64,000 nucleotides of DNA, taken from contig CAZWMG010000002.1 in the NCBI GenBank assembly GCA_964634945.1, positions 38,661-102,660 on the forward strand, given 5' to 3'. Within the stretch, counting starts at the first letter, position 1. Each line of letters starts with the position of its first letter. Positions 47,601 to 55,791 of the stretch are shown here, one piece after another. This stretch comes from an uncultured Planctomycetia bacterium. Lineage in GTDB: Bacteria; Omnitrophota; Gorgyraeia; JABMRG01. Below the pieces are notes generated by a model. That model was given only the letters and a program-made list of their open reading frames with translations, made no database searches and was not told the origin of the DNA. Made by a program: the position numbers and the translations under genes.

Positions 47601-50600
47601 TATGGGGGAGATATTGGGCTCATAACAAATGCTCCTAATGAAGTTGAAAAGGCATCCAAAAACCATCATTGGCAGGTACCTGTGGATCATGATATGTATC
47701 CTTATATGGAAGGAAAGAAAAGCGTAGGTTATTATTCTGTAAGCTTGGATAGGATAGAGGAGATACTAATAGAATTAGGCCTTGATTTTCGCGGTGCATA
47801 TGCGTATGACAGGATGAACGCGATAAGGGCCAAGGAACTTGATGAATCCACGTTATCAGAGCGCCAGAGAAGCGATGTTGGTAAGTTAAGAGGCAGGCGC
47901 GATCTAGTAACTAAGGTGGCTAAAAAGGTTAATGAGAGGGGCTTTACATCAGCGGTTGAATACCTGCGTCATGAACTGGCTAGCCACTTTAAGCAGATGC
48001 TTGCTACTACAAAACCGGGGCAGGTTGTGCAAGTCAGATTAAGAGATTTAAAGAAGAGAGAGATACTAAAGACTCAGGATACTGCCGAACTTTTTTATAA
48101 TGACGAAGAGGCCTCAATGATAGGTGACAGAGGAACAGGCCTTGAGGTTCATGATGAAAATATAGAGGCGATAGATCTACAGGTTCTTGCTCTGGAAGAT
48201 GCTAGAGCAGAGGCAGAAGAATTAGGTGGGTTAGGTGATTTAGGATTTATGTTTGTTTTTATAAGACGAGTATTAGATGATTCTGAATTAGGCATAGAAT
48301 CAGATCTTAAGAAGGGCCTTAACAGGCTGCTTAAGCTAAGAAGAGAGGGCAAGATTAAACGCATACCAGCGCATGTTGGGGTAATGTTTGAATTGGTAAT
48401 AAACGCTCTTTTGGCTGAGGAGCTCGCTGCGATATTAGCTGATTTTAGAGAGACTGTTAAAAAAGAATTCAATGAGGATATATCAACTTATTTTTCAAAT
48501 GGAACAAATGACCTTACACAGTCTGTCAAGGGAAGCAGGGATGAGACCAGGTATGTAAGTATGGATATAATGATGCCAAATGGTGACATTGTCAAAGGTA
48601 TAAGAGTATTTTATGAGGGCGATCCAGCTGTTGGCGATACGATAGCGCACGGCGCTTTTGTAGCCAAGAAATATGGCCATAAAAGAGGTAGCTGTGGCGA
48701 ATACTTTAATAATCTTTTAAATGCCGGCGATCCTGAATCGATTGACAGTGCAAGAGAGGGTTTTGGAAGGCTCGATTCCGGTGGAACGAGTATCAAGGTT
48801 TTTCCAAGGGCCGTAAAGCTTCTTGCGGATTCACAATTGGCAAAACAGCGCATACCTACTAATGTCGCGGTAAAGGCAGAGGTTGTTGCGGAAGGCAAAT
48901 CTTTGCATGAAAAAGGCGCTGTACACAGGAGGGCGGTCTTTATAAGATCAGAAGAAGATTTTATTACAGAGCGCGTTATTTATAGAGACGGTGGTAAGAA
49001 TAGCGAAGTAAGGTATGCGCCTAAGGCGGTAGAGGGGGATATTTTGATATTGTCAACGGATATTGCCCCTGATAATAAAAAATTACTGGAGGCTCTTGAT
49101 TCTCAGGCAAGCGGTGTAGTGCTTGCAGGCAAGAACGGGGTAAACATAAAAGTGTTACAAGCCTTGCTTGTAGAACGTAATGTTCCAACTATTGTGATAA
49201 AGAAAGAGATATTTACGAGATTGACTGATCTTAAGCAATATGTCTTTGATTTTGAGCGAGGCGCGATATATACAGAGAGCAAGATATCTTTTGATATAGA
49301 AACTGCGGAAAATAAAACAGCGTATGCGCATATAGATTATGACGCAAAACCTAAACAGACATCTGTTGAGACAGTAGATATGGATCATATCTATAATACG
49401 ATCGGTGTCCACCCGCTTGCCCTAACCCTATATGCGTTACATACGGGAGAGATAGAAAACTCTGTTATAGAGACAATAGATGGCGGACAGGTTGTGCGAA
49501 AATTGGAGAAGATACTTTCGCAACAGAGGATACCTCTGCCTAATAATAAATTTCCGGATATGTATAGGGACGTCAAGGAGCTCCTTGATTCGCACAATGT
49601 TGATAGTGTGCGGGCCTTAATAAATAAGGTTACTAAGCAAGCTGTAGAAAGGCACAGAAAAATTTTGCCGAAAGGTACTACGCTTGCCTTTGGTACGTCG
49701 CAACAGGATGCCTGGGCATTTGAGGAGCTAAAATGGGGCAAGCGTGAGACAGAGCTTGAGCTCAATGTATTCAATGTGCCTATAGATTTAAGGGGCCTTG
49801 CCAAGACCATATCCCCTGGATATGGCGATATATTCGAGATGTTTCTTGAGGTAGTAAAGGAAGAAGGGCTGGATATCCAGTTTAATTATGTGCAGGATTT
49901 AAATATCCTTGATGCAGCGATAGAGTTTCTTAATCAGAAAGGGTTAGTGCCTGGAGAGGATGGCTTTAATCTCGGTATGAGCGCGTCTACATCTCACAAC
50001 TTTATAGTAGCATATCGTTATTTCAGTAAAAGAGATATATCTTTTGTTAAGTTTGATGACGAGCTTCTACTAATGAACTTCGCGCTAGCTAATCTTGATC
50101 ATCATACAGATGTAAGGCGCTGGGATGGCAGCTTTGAGTCTTTGATCAATATTAATGAGAGAAGTTACCAAGAGGCATTAAAAAGAGCAAAGGCCATGCT
50201 AAGGACCGCTATGGTTAATCACGATGTAACAGAGGTAACAACTCCCAAAAGCTCCTCAAGCGGCAATAGCGTGCTTAATGAGGCTATGAAATTAGGTGTT
50301 CAGATAGAGCTTGATAAATTATATCTTGCAAGAAAGGCTGATGAATCAGAGAGTACAACTCGTGCGTTTAGTACGAGATTTGTAATAGCAGGAGATGAAT
50401 TCTTTGATAATGAGATCACTACTATGCTGGAGAATTTTAGAACCAAGATTCAAAAAGAGTTTGGTGAGGATGCGACAATTTCTATTTCAGCAGATCCAAA
50501 CGGACCACAAACAGACCTTTCTGTATCTGTATTATTAATACCTAAGTTCACTCCGGTTGCCCAATCAGCTATTCAGGCACAGTTCGATGGGTTGCTCCAG

Positions 50601-52517
50601 TCAATAAAAGATAGCGAGATAGCAGGTTCAAAAGAACAGCTTGGCATAAGGCTTACATTATCAGGAAATGATTTTTTATCTGATGAGTTTGAAGCCATGT
50701 TTGAAGCTTTCAATAGCCAGGTTAGAGATAATTTTGGCAAGAATGTATTCCTAAGTGTTTCAGGTATCGCAGATGGAAGAGAAGGCTTATTTGATTTAGG
50801 GGTCTTAGTAGAGAATGTTAGTACCACGCTGAAATCCAAAGGTTCTTTAAACGTAGTAGGCGACTTTACCCAGTCTGTCAGGGGCAGCAGAGATGAGGAT
50901 GGTTTCGCAACAGTATCTAAGAGCTCTTCAAGCGGTACCATGCTTGAGTCAGGATCAGACAAAAGATTGGCTGTTCAAAGAATGGTTATTCAAGCAAAGC
51001 TCGATTGGCTATATAACAAAAGGGAAGCCATTAGAACAGCACGCTTTAAAGAGCAGCTTAAAGTAAGGTTTACTTTACCATCAGATGTGTTTACCTCGAT
51101 TGGCGTGAAGGATATCCTAGAGGCTTTTCGCGGCAGGATTCAAAAAGATTTTGAAGAAGATGTGAAAATCACTTCTACAGGATATGCGGATGAAGGGGGT
51201 GGAACTATTGATGTGCTTGTATCAATACAGCCTAACAGCGAATCAACAACACCTAGAAGCCATTCAGGCGACACGAACTATGCCGGTATCAGCGAGCATC
51301 ATGCATTAAACGCAGAAGGCGTAAAATATTTTAAGGAACGGATTGAATCAATGGATCCAAGCAATGCAACAGAGGTAGCAGTTGCTCTTTTGTATCCAAT
51401 AAATGGTACGCTGCTTACTTCAGCTACTGCCGCAATGAATAAATTCAGAATTTCTGCCAGAAAAGAACAGGGCATAGAAATAGAGACTTCAATGCTAACT
51501 GATAAAACCGGTATTACCTTATCTATCGGTGGCAACGGAAGTAAAAAAGAGCAAGAATCTAGTGTTAATATATGGAAGACCTCTTCAGGTGGCACTATCC
51601 TTGTGTCAAATACAGAAAAGATATCTACCTTGGTTAGAAATCTTAAAGCAAGTGTTAATGCTCAAGAGAGATTTTCTATCGCCCTTGAGAAGCTTAATGA
51701 AATAGGTCCGGCTGCGGCATCTGAGGCAAAAGAGATCTTTGAAGGCATACAAAAAGAGTTGTTTCATAAGCTTGATGAAGATACTATTGATGTGCTAAGG
51801 ACCTCTGGTTTAACTCTATCCTCATCTGATAAAGAGGCATTGAGGGATATGGTAAGTATCCAGTATCAAGCAGAACAGTATATAAGCAATATCGAAACCA
51901 TAATATATGCGGATAAAGGCAGATTATCGGAGGATACTGCGCCTCGTGTAATGATATTACCAGCGACAACAGCTGTATCAAGCCAAGTTGTGCTTGCCGC
52001 AGAAGAGCTCCAAGCGATAAAGGATAATCTTGGGGTTATAACAGTAGTTAGCAATGACCCTATCGGAACAATTAATAGTATCAAGAAAGGCAAGATACTC
52101 TTTGATGTAAAAGGATCCAATGTCAAGGTCCCTGCTAATAATATTGCGGTAATGCTATCTGAAGATCAGAGAAGTATCGCAGGCGATGTGAGCAAGGCGC
52201 TAGGCACAAACAATACACTCGTAATGAGCAATATATCTACTTCTCAATATGTGCCATTTTCACAACTTGCGATGCTTGCAAAGGTTCAGCTTATACTCAA
52301 CAAAATAGGCGTAACATCAAGCGAAGCAGGGCCATATAGAAGCGCGTTTCTTGCTATATGGAAGGGTGTAACAGGTGCTCCATTTGTTGGTAGTATTGAA
52401 AAGTTTATGGCTAACCCTGTGGCTTACGTTATCAGCATATTGTCTGCACCGGTATCAACACTTAGCGATATAGAAATAAAGATATTACATGACAAGGCTG
52501 CCAGAATCTGGGCGTAA
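44685..52517 (+). CDS. Giant (2610 aa) signal-peptide-bearing multidomain protein with PEP synthase/pyruvate-water-dikinase-like core
   Basis: LLGGK, VPPFFGIT, ILRSSQGLED..SAG, YGRGELIVQG, VDME, GGRSAHA (phospho-His), GDRG, GVMFE, FSNGTNDLTQ, SCGE; RBS AGGAGG. Confidence 0.85.
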   Translation: MARNINRFLSYLIIIAFLSTSTNLSYLSQQEFQSQTDTLRSQAAVLGLDISAIQARLESPAPDVARSSSAGDDSDEVSDIMVQSFMQNNTVVFINKALETVELTDLPASYKELSDKYKGILLQEIGKKGIVALFQRLEEDANDLFKEGKEKEATNLYKSVIFFAKVTDALIVHDNEFDWIGNISLLGGKIDNSLMLSKGKLEVPPFFGITSMFQKYVWLYNDLLPKMRDIAFTVDPQNNTATSSAQARFEQLIKDTHVPEDLKLMLEIEARKIADREGYALTKEEADKLETEAIEIILRSSQGLEDRPGIPSAGIGSSVPTMGTDGMLDVFKDVAASAYLRRALEYRDKIAISTWLLSRMNIDELKHIVNKLKGLSEVTSKVEVGGIFYDTSTIVEDIEANLSEDLRSRKEFVNVSTLRVLTLLELLQQQSAKDDIIDKALVEIRDVRIDCLDAARIGGGIQTQTMRSSEYSIVGFALNKATGWTGDANDMVVIDYDISYGRGELIVQGSIISDHYKILLNLKTGKAIILSKECGSKLATLKRAKAGEEIEVWADSKHETIETVIAEEGKEYLVVTPVEQRQRFVVSDKKAIEIAHKILEANTVHNSGRTQVVPVDMEACYYHDTKGKLQYSIVQKRDSAIKSGFDFEDPDFVIHAGKEPIAGLADAAQEQGHMKAKGFETQNAASGVTVWVEEPSADRVKKAVENIWEGAREAALNEFLPQAHPDLYTPNDKSAIIEKILRDKKIVDTGIQDDFDVEGFDFDKARILERIISKDSTQEEAIKEIESAFSGKLEKEAIVSIAVGALKLFKNTANLEDRMRILSSIIRVNIFSSPKADLKRAFIEEHAGVLERDVLNRQFDKIKAMIKDGITVVMVTPETNPNFNDIMKFVDENGGATITRQGGRSAHAIIISIQFGYCVVGGAEFNDSDLLERIKNGDQILLTVDGNKGQVYDLEIPITSFFSAFQPKRWGNYGGDIGLITNAPNEVEKASKNHHWQVPVDHDMYPYMEGKKSVGYYSVSLDRIEEILIELGLDFRGAYAYDRMNAIRAKELDESTLSERQRSDVGKLRGRRDLVTKVAKKVNERGFTSAVEYLRHELASHFKQMLATTKPGQVVQVRLRDLKKREILKTQDTAELFYNDEEASMIGDRGTGLEVHDENIEAIDLQVLALEDARAEAEELGGLGDLGFMFVFIRRVLDDSELGIESDLKKGLNRLLKLRREGKIKRIPAHVGVMFELVINALLAEELAAILADFRETVKKEFNEDISTYFSNGTNDLTQSVKGSRDETRYVSMDIMMPNGDIVKGIRVFYEGDPAVGDTIAHGAFVAKKYGHKRGSCGEYFNNLLNAGDPESIDSAREGFGRLDSGGTSIKVFPRAVKLLADSQLAKQRIPTNVAVKAEVVAEGKSLHEKGAVHRRAVFIRSEEDFITERVIYRDGGKNSEVRYAPKAVEGDILILSTDIAPDNKKLLEALDSQASGVVLAGKNGVNIKVLQALLVERNVPTIVIKKEIFTRLTDLKQYVFDFERGAIYTESKISFDIETAENKTAYAHIDYDAKPKQTSVETVDMDHIYNTIGVHPLALTLYALHTGEIENSVIETIDGGQVVRKLEKILSQQRIPLPNNKFPDMYRDVKELLDSHNVDSVRALINKVTKQAVERHRKILPKGTTLAFGTSQQDAWAFEELKWGKRETELELNVFNVPIDLRGLAKTISPGYGDIFEMFLEVVKEEGLDIQFNYVQDLNILDAAIEFLNQKGLVPGEDGFNLGMSASTSHNFIVAYRYFSKRDISFVKFDDELLLMNFALANLDHHTDVRRWDGSFESLININERSYQEALKRAKAMLRTAMVNHDVTEVTTPKSSSSGNSVLNEAMKLGVQIELDKLYLARKADESESTTRAFSTRFVIAGDEFFDNEITTMLENFRTKIQKEFGEDATISISADPNGPQTDLSVSVLLIPKFTPVAQSAIQAQFDGLLQSIKDSEIAGSKEQLGIRLTLSGNDFLSDEFEAMFEAFNSQVRDNFGKNVFLSVSGIADGREGLFDLGVLVENVSTTLKSKGSLNVVGDFTQSVRGSRDEDGFATVSKSSSSGTMLESGSDKRLAVQRMVIQAKLDWLYNKREAIRTARFKEQLKVRFTLPSDVFTSIGVKDILEAFRGRIQKDFEEDVKITSTGYADEGGGTIDVLVSIQPNSESTTPRSHSGDTNYAGISEHHALNAEGVKYFKERIESMDPSNATEVAVALLYPINGTLLTSATAAMNKFRISARKEQGIEIETSMLTDKTGITLSIGGNGSKKEQESSVNIWKTSSGGTILVSNTEKISTLVRNLKASVNAQERFSIALEKLNEIGPAAASEAKEIFEGIQKELFHKLDEDTIDVLRTSGLTLSSSDKEALRDMVSIQYQAEQYISNIETIIYADKGRLSEDTAPRVMILPATTAVSSQVVLAAEELQAIKDNLGVITVVSNDPIGTINSIKKGKILFDVKGSNVKVPANNIAVMLSEDQRSIAGDVSKALGTNNTLVMSNISTSQYVPFSQLAMLAKVQLILNKIGVTSSEAGPYRSAFLAIWKGVTGAPFVGSIEKFMANPVAYVISILSAPVSTLSDIEIKILHDKAARIWA

Positions 52518-52601
52518 TACTAGATGCAAAATTAGGAACAGGAACAAGGAACAACTTTACAAAATAGTGCAATACTTAAAATGTAAAGTTAGCGAATATC
52601 T

Positions 52602-52651
52602 TCAAGACCGGTTCTTAAGCACGATTGATCGTGCTTAAGAACCGGTCTTGA
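52602..52651. repeat. Perfect 24-bp inverted repeat downstream of giant gene
   Basis: TCAAGACCGGTTCTTAAGCACGAT-TG-ATCGTGCTTAAGAACCGGTCTTGA. Confidence 0.9.
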
Positions 52652-52715
52652 TTTATATTAAAAAAAGATTGCTATTTTTCTGACTTTTAGTTAAAATATA
52701 TCACAATTCTTTTTT

Positions 52716-52791
52716 GGCCCCATCGTCTAGTGGCCTAGGACGCAAGATTCTCATTCTTGTAACACGGGTTCGACTCCCGTTGGGGTCACCA
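52716..52791 (+). tRNA. tRNA-Glu(CTC)
   Basis: GGCCCCA/TGGGGTC acceptor, CAAGA-TTCTCAT-TCTTG anticodon arm, GGTTCGACTCC, CCA. Confidence 0.97.
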
Positions 52792-52954
52792 TGTACCACT
52801 CGCGGAGTTTATCCTGAACGCTTTGTGGTTCAGGGCTCGGGTACATGGCACAGCCATCCGTCTTCACCGTTGAATATTAATACTCCGGTGCGGCTACGTT
52901 GGATAGGCTGGCGTAGCTTGGACACGATTTAACGCTTGTAAAAAGCGAAGCCTG

Positions 52955-52970
52955 CCCGTTGGGGTCACCA
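52955..52970 (+). repeat. Duplicate of tRNA-Glu 3' end (att-like)
   Basis: CCCGTTGGGGTCACCA identical to 52776-52791. Confidence 0.9.
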
Positions 52971-53107
52971 GAAATGAGTATTATTATGATTCTGTAATTG
53001 ACGAATTATTTATCATATGATATAATATATATACTAAAAAAATTAACGTGAGACCCCTGGCACCTGTCCGCCTTTGGCGGGAAAAGTTAGGGGTTTATTT
53101 TTTTGCC

Positions 53108-54190
53108 ATGAGAAGATTAATAATCTGTATAATATTTATTGCTTTTGTTGTTAATAGCGCAGGGCAGGGTTATGCCTTGAGGTCAGAGTCTACAGCTTTG
53201 TCTTTTCAGACAGATATATCAGATTCACTTAAGGGCCCGGATAAGCCTGGTTTAAATCAGGATAAGACATCATCATGTATTAGCAGTGAAGATGTCCCCT
53301 ATTCCAGATTAGGCGAATCCAATTGGTATAATGAGCTCAATGCTTATCTTGCGGGCATGACTGGTGTGCATCCAGGAGAACAAATCATTGAGATAGGCGC
53401 GGGCACAGGTGCATCTACAGCAGTTTTGTTGGATAAGATGGAGCATCGGGGAAAGATCATCGCGTTAGAGCCAAATCCAGAATATTTAGATATAGCAGTA
53501 AGAGTATTCAAGGATGAACCTGTGAAATTCATCTTGGCAAATGCGCAAGAAACAAATAGCATGATGAGGGGTAGGCTTCCGGCGGATAAGGCTTTCCTGT
53601 TTAATGCCATGCATCTTATTGATGGCCACGAAACTCTTCTTGACGATATTTCCGAGATTATTAAGCCAGATGGGACGCTAGCGTTTAACACAGCTTATTT
53701 CAAGGAGAATAACAGCGAATTCAAAAAGGTGCAAAGGCGTATTTTTGTTAAACTGTTGCGTAACGCCAAGGTAGTGGGGAAGAACATTATGACAAACAAT
53801 CGTACTAGATTTAAGGTTAGATCTATCGAACATTATGAAGAAGCTCTCAAGAAGGCTGGTTTTGAAATCGTTGGACTCAAACGCAGAGCTGTCAAGATAC
53901 CATTTCTAGATATAAAGGATTTCTACAGCGATAAGTCTGTTACAGATTATATCGCACCATCACTTACCCTAGAAGAGCGCGAGGAATTTATTATGAGATT
54001 GGTTATGGATGAAATCAATTTAGCGCGTGATAAGGGTAGAGATCATATCGAGGGGGAGTGGCTATATATTGTTGCGAAGAATTTAAATGGTAAAAATGAA
54101 CCTGCTCTATTTGCAGAATCTAGGATGTTATCACCTAAAGCTTTATTTGCAGAACAAAGGCGCATCAGCGCTATTTCACACTCCGCATAA
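53108..54190 (+). CDS. Signal-peptide-bearing class I SAM methyltransferase
   Basis: MRRLIICIIFIAFVVNSAGQGYA-LRS; IIEIGAGTGAST, ALEPN, IKPDGTLAF. Confidence 0.85.
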   Translation: MRRLIICIIFIAFVVNSAGQGYALRSESTALSFQTDISDSLKGPDKPGLNQDKTSSCISSEDVPYSRLGESNWYNELNAYLAGMTGVHPGEQIIEIGAGTGASTAVLLDKMEHRGKIIALEPNPEYLDIAVRVFKDEPVKFILANAQETNSMMRGRLPADKAFLFNAMHLIDGHETLLDDISEIIKPDGTLAFNTAYFKENNSEFKKVQRRIFVKLLRNAKVVGKNIMTNNRTRFKVRSIEHYEEALKKAGFEIVGLKRRAVKIPFLDIKDFYSDKSVTDYIAPSLTLEEREEFIMRLVMDEINLARDKGRDHIEGEWLYIVAKNLNGKNEPALFAESRMLSPKALFAEQRRISAISHSA

Positions 54191-54192
54191 AT

Positions 54193-54273
54193 AAAAAAAG
54201 AGAATGTCCAGAGGGTGGGTCTAATCGTCCTTCTTTTGATTTCGGAGATGCCCTACCACATCCAAACATCCTC
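54193..54273 (-). ncRNA. Candidate ~80-nt small RNA
   Basis: Minus-strand TTGACT-16-TATATT promoter; 13-bp closing stem; U7 tail. Confidence 0.5.
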
Positions 54274-54531
54274 ATAAGAAATATACCCTATTGTATGAAA
54301 AAGTCAATAGCCGGCCTCAAAAACTTAGCACTTACCCTGATACCAGAATTTGCTTCCCGCCATAGCGGTCAGGCGCAAATACGGTACAGGGTTAATTCGC
54401 ACAGATGAGTTATGTTGTTTTGCTCCATAACTCATGTGCTCATTAAAATAATCCTTGACATTAAATAGGTATTTTTGTTATACTTTTTAAAAAGAGTTTT
54501 TAAACCATGGAATAAAAAGGGGGTTACTATT

Positions 54532-55755
54532 ATGGCAATCAGGCAGACATTATTTAGAGATCAGGTCTTATCTGATCGCGAAAGAAAGAACCTGGCTATT
54601 CTGGATGTTATTAGAAAGAGTGGCCCGGTTACAAGAACCGAGATATCAAAGGTTACAAAGCTTAATATAGTCACGGTATCGAATTATGTTAATAACTATA
54701 TAGACAAAAACTTAATCATTGAGAGAGGTTTTGATGTTTCTACAGGTGGAAGAAAGCCCACTCTCGTTGAGTTAAACGCTAAGATGGGTAATGTTATAGG
54801 CATTGATGTGGGCCCTGTTAATATGGTTGCGGTTATTACTGACCTGACAAATACAGTTGTAGGAAAGACAAAACGCCCGCGCCCTAACGGGCCTATGAGT
54901 GAAGTCATAACTAGTTCTATAGAAATGGTTTATGAGATAATGGAGAAATCAAAGGTCGACAAAAATAAGATAAAAGGTGTTGGCCTTGGTGTCTCCGGAG
55001 TAATCGATTCTATAGCAGGGACAATAAGGGATACCGATCCTACACGCGGAAGGACTACAGGGAGTTATTCCTCAGTTAAATCTCTTGTGCAAAAAGAATT
55101 CAATATACCCACGTTTGTGGGCAATGACGCTACTGTAGCGGCATTTGGAGAAAAGAGGCTTGGCCTGGAGCAAGAGATCGATGATATGCTCTATGTTTAC
55201 TCAGATGTAGGCTGTGGTATTATAATAAAAGGAGAGATATATTGTGGAGCAGGTGGAAGTGCGGGTGAAATGCAGCTTACAGCAGACAACCCAGAACTGC
55301 CTTTGCAGGATAAGGATCCATCATATCTAAGGCCATGGGGAGTTGACCTAGGTATAACAGAGGAAGCGCGTAAGATACTCACCAAAGAAAAGACAGATTC
55401 TAAGATAATGGACCTTGCAGGTGATGACCTTGATAATATTACACCCGATATTATCATCGAAGCTGCTAAGGGCAAGGATAAGATAGCAACAGAGATTATA
55501 GAGAGCGCCGGTGCAAACCTAGGTATTAGGATAGCTTATCTGGTAAATCTATTTAATCCTGAAGTAGTAGTAATCGGAGGAGGCATAGAGCAGGCAGGAG
55601 AGCTCCTTCTTGGGCCTGTAAGAAAGTCAGTAAGGAGCCTTGCTTTTGAGGAGCCGGCAAACACAGTAAAGATAGTGCCTTCAAGGCTTGGTGACAGCGC
55701 AGTAGCATTAGGTGCCGCAGCTCTTGTGTTAAGAGAGATATTTGCTCAAATTTAA
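54532..55755 (+). CDS. ROK-family transcriptional regulator (NagC/XylR-like)
   Basis: N-terminal HTH (VTRTEIS...TVSNYV), STGGRKP, GIDVG, GNDA..AAFGE, AGEM, NLFNPEVVVIGG. Confidence 0.92.
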   Translation: MAIRQTLFRDQVLSDRERKNLAILDVIRKSGPVTRTEISKVTKLNIVTVSNYVNNYIDKNLIIERGFDVSTGGRKPTLVELNAKMGNVIGIDVGPVNMVAVITDLTNTVVGKTKRPRPNGPMSEVITSSIEMVYEIMEKSKVDKNKIKGVGLGVSGVIDSIAGTIRDTDPTRGRTTGSYSSVKSLVQKEFNIPTFVGNDATVAAFGEKRLGLEQEIDDMLYVYSDVGCGIIIKGEIYCGAGGSAGEMQLTADNPELPLQDKDPSYLRPWGVDLGITEEARKILTKEKTDSKIMDLAGDDLDNITPDIIIEAAKGKDKIATEIIESAGANLGIRIAYLVNLFNPEVVVIGGGIEQAGELLLGPVRKSVRSLAFEEPANTVKIVPSRLGDSAVALGAAALVLREIFAQI

Positions 55756-55791
55756 TGAGGGGTATCAGGATTAATACCAAGCGTTAATATA

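Noticed and set aside
52714-52932. 72-aa ORF
   Set aside because: Overlaps tRNA-Glu and the structured repeat; spurious.
53055-53096. CCGCCTTTGGCGG hairpin inside ACCCCT/AGGGGT stem as a riboswitch
   Set aside because: A single short GC hairpin with no recognisable aptamer; more likely a REP-like palindrome.
54193-54273. SRP (4.5S) or 6S RNA identity for the minus-strand hairpin
   Set aside because: Lacks the SRP GGAA-tetraloop/AGCAG motif and is too short for 6S.
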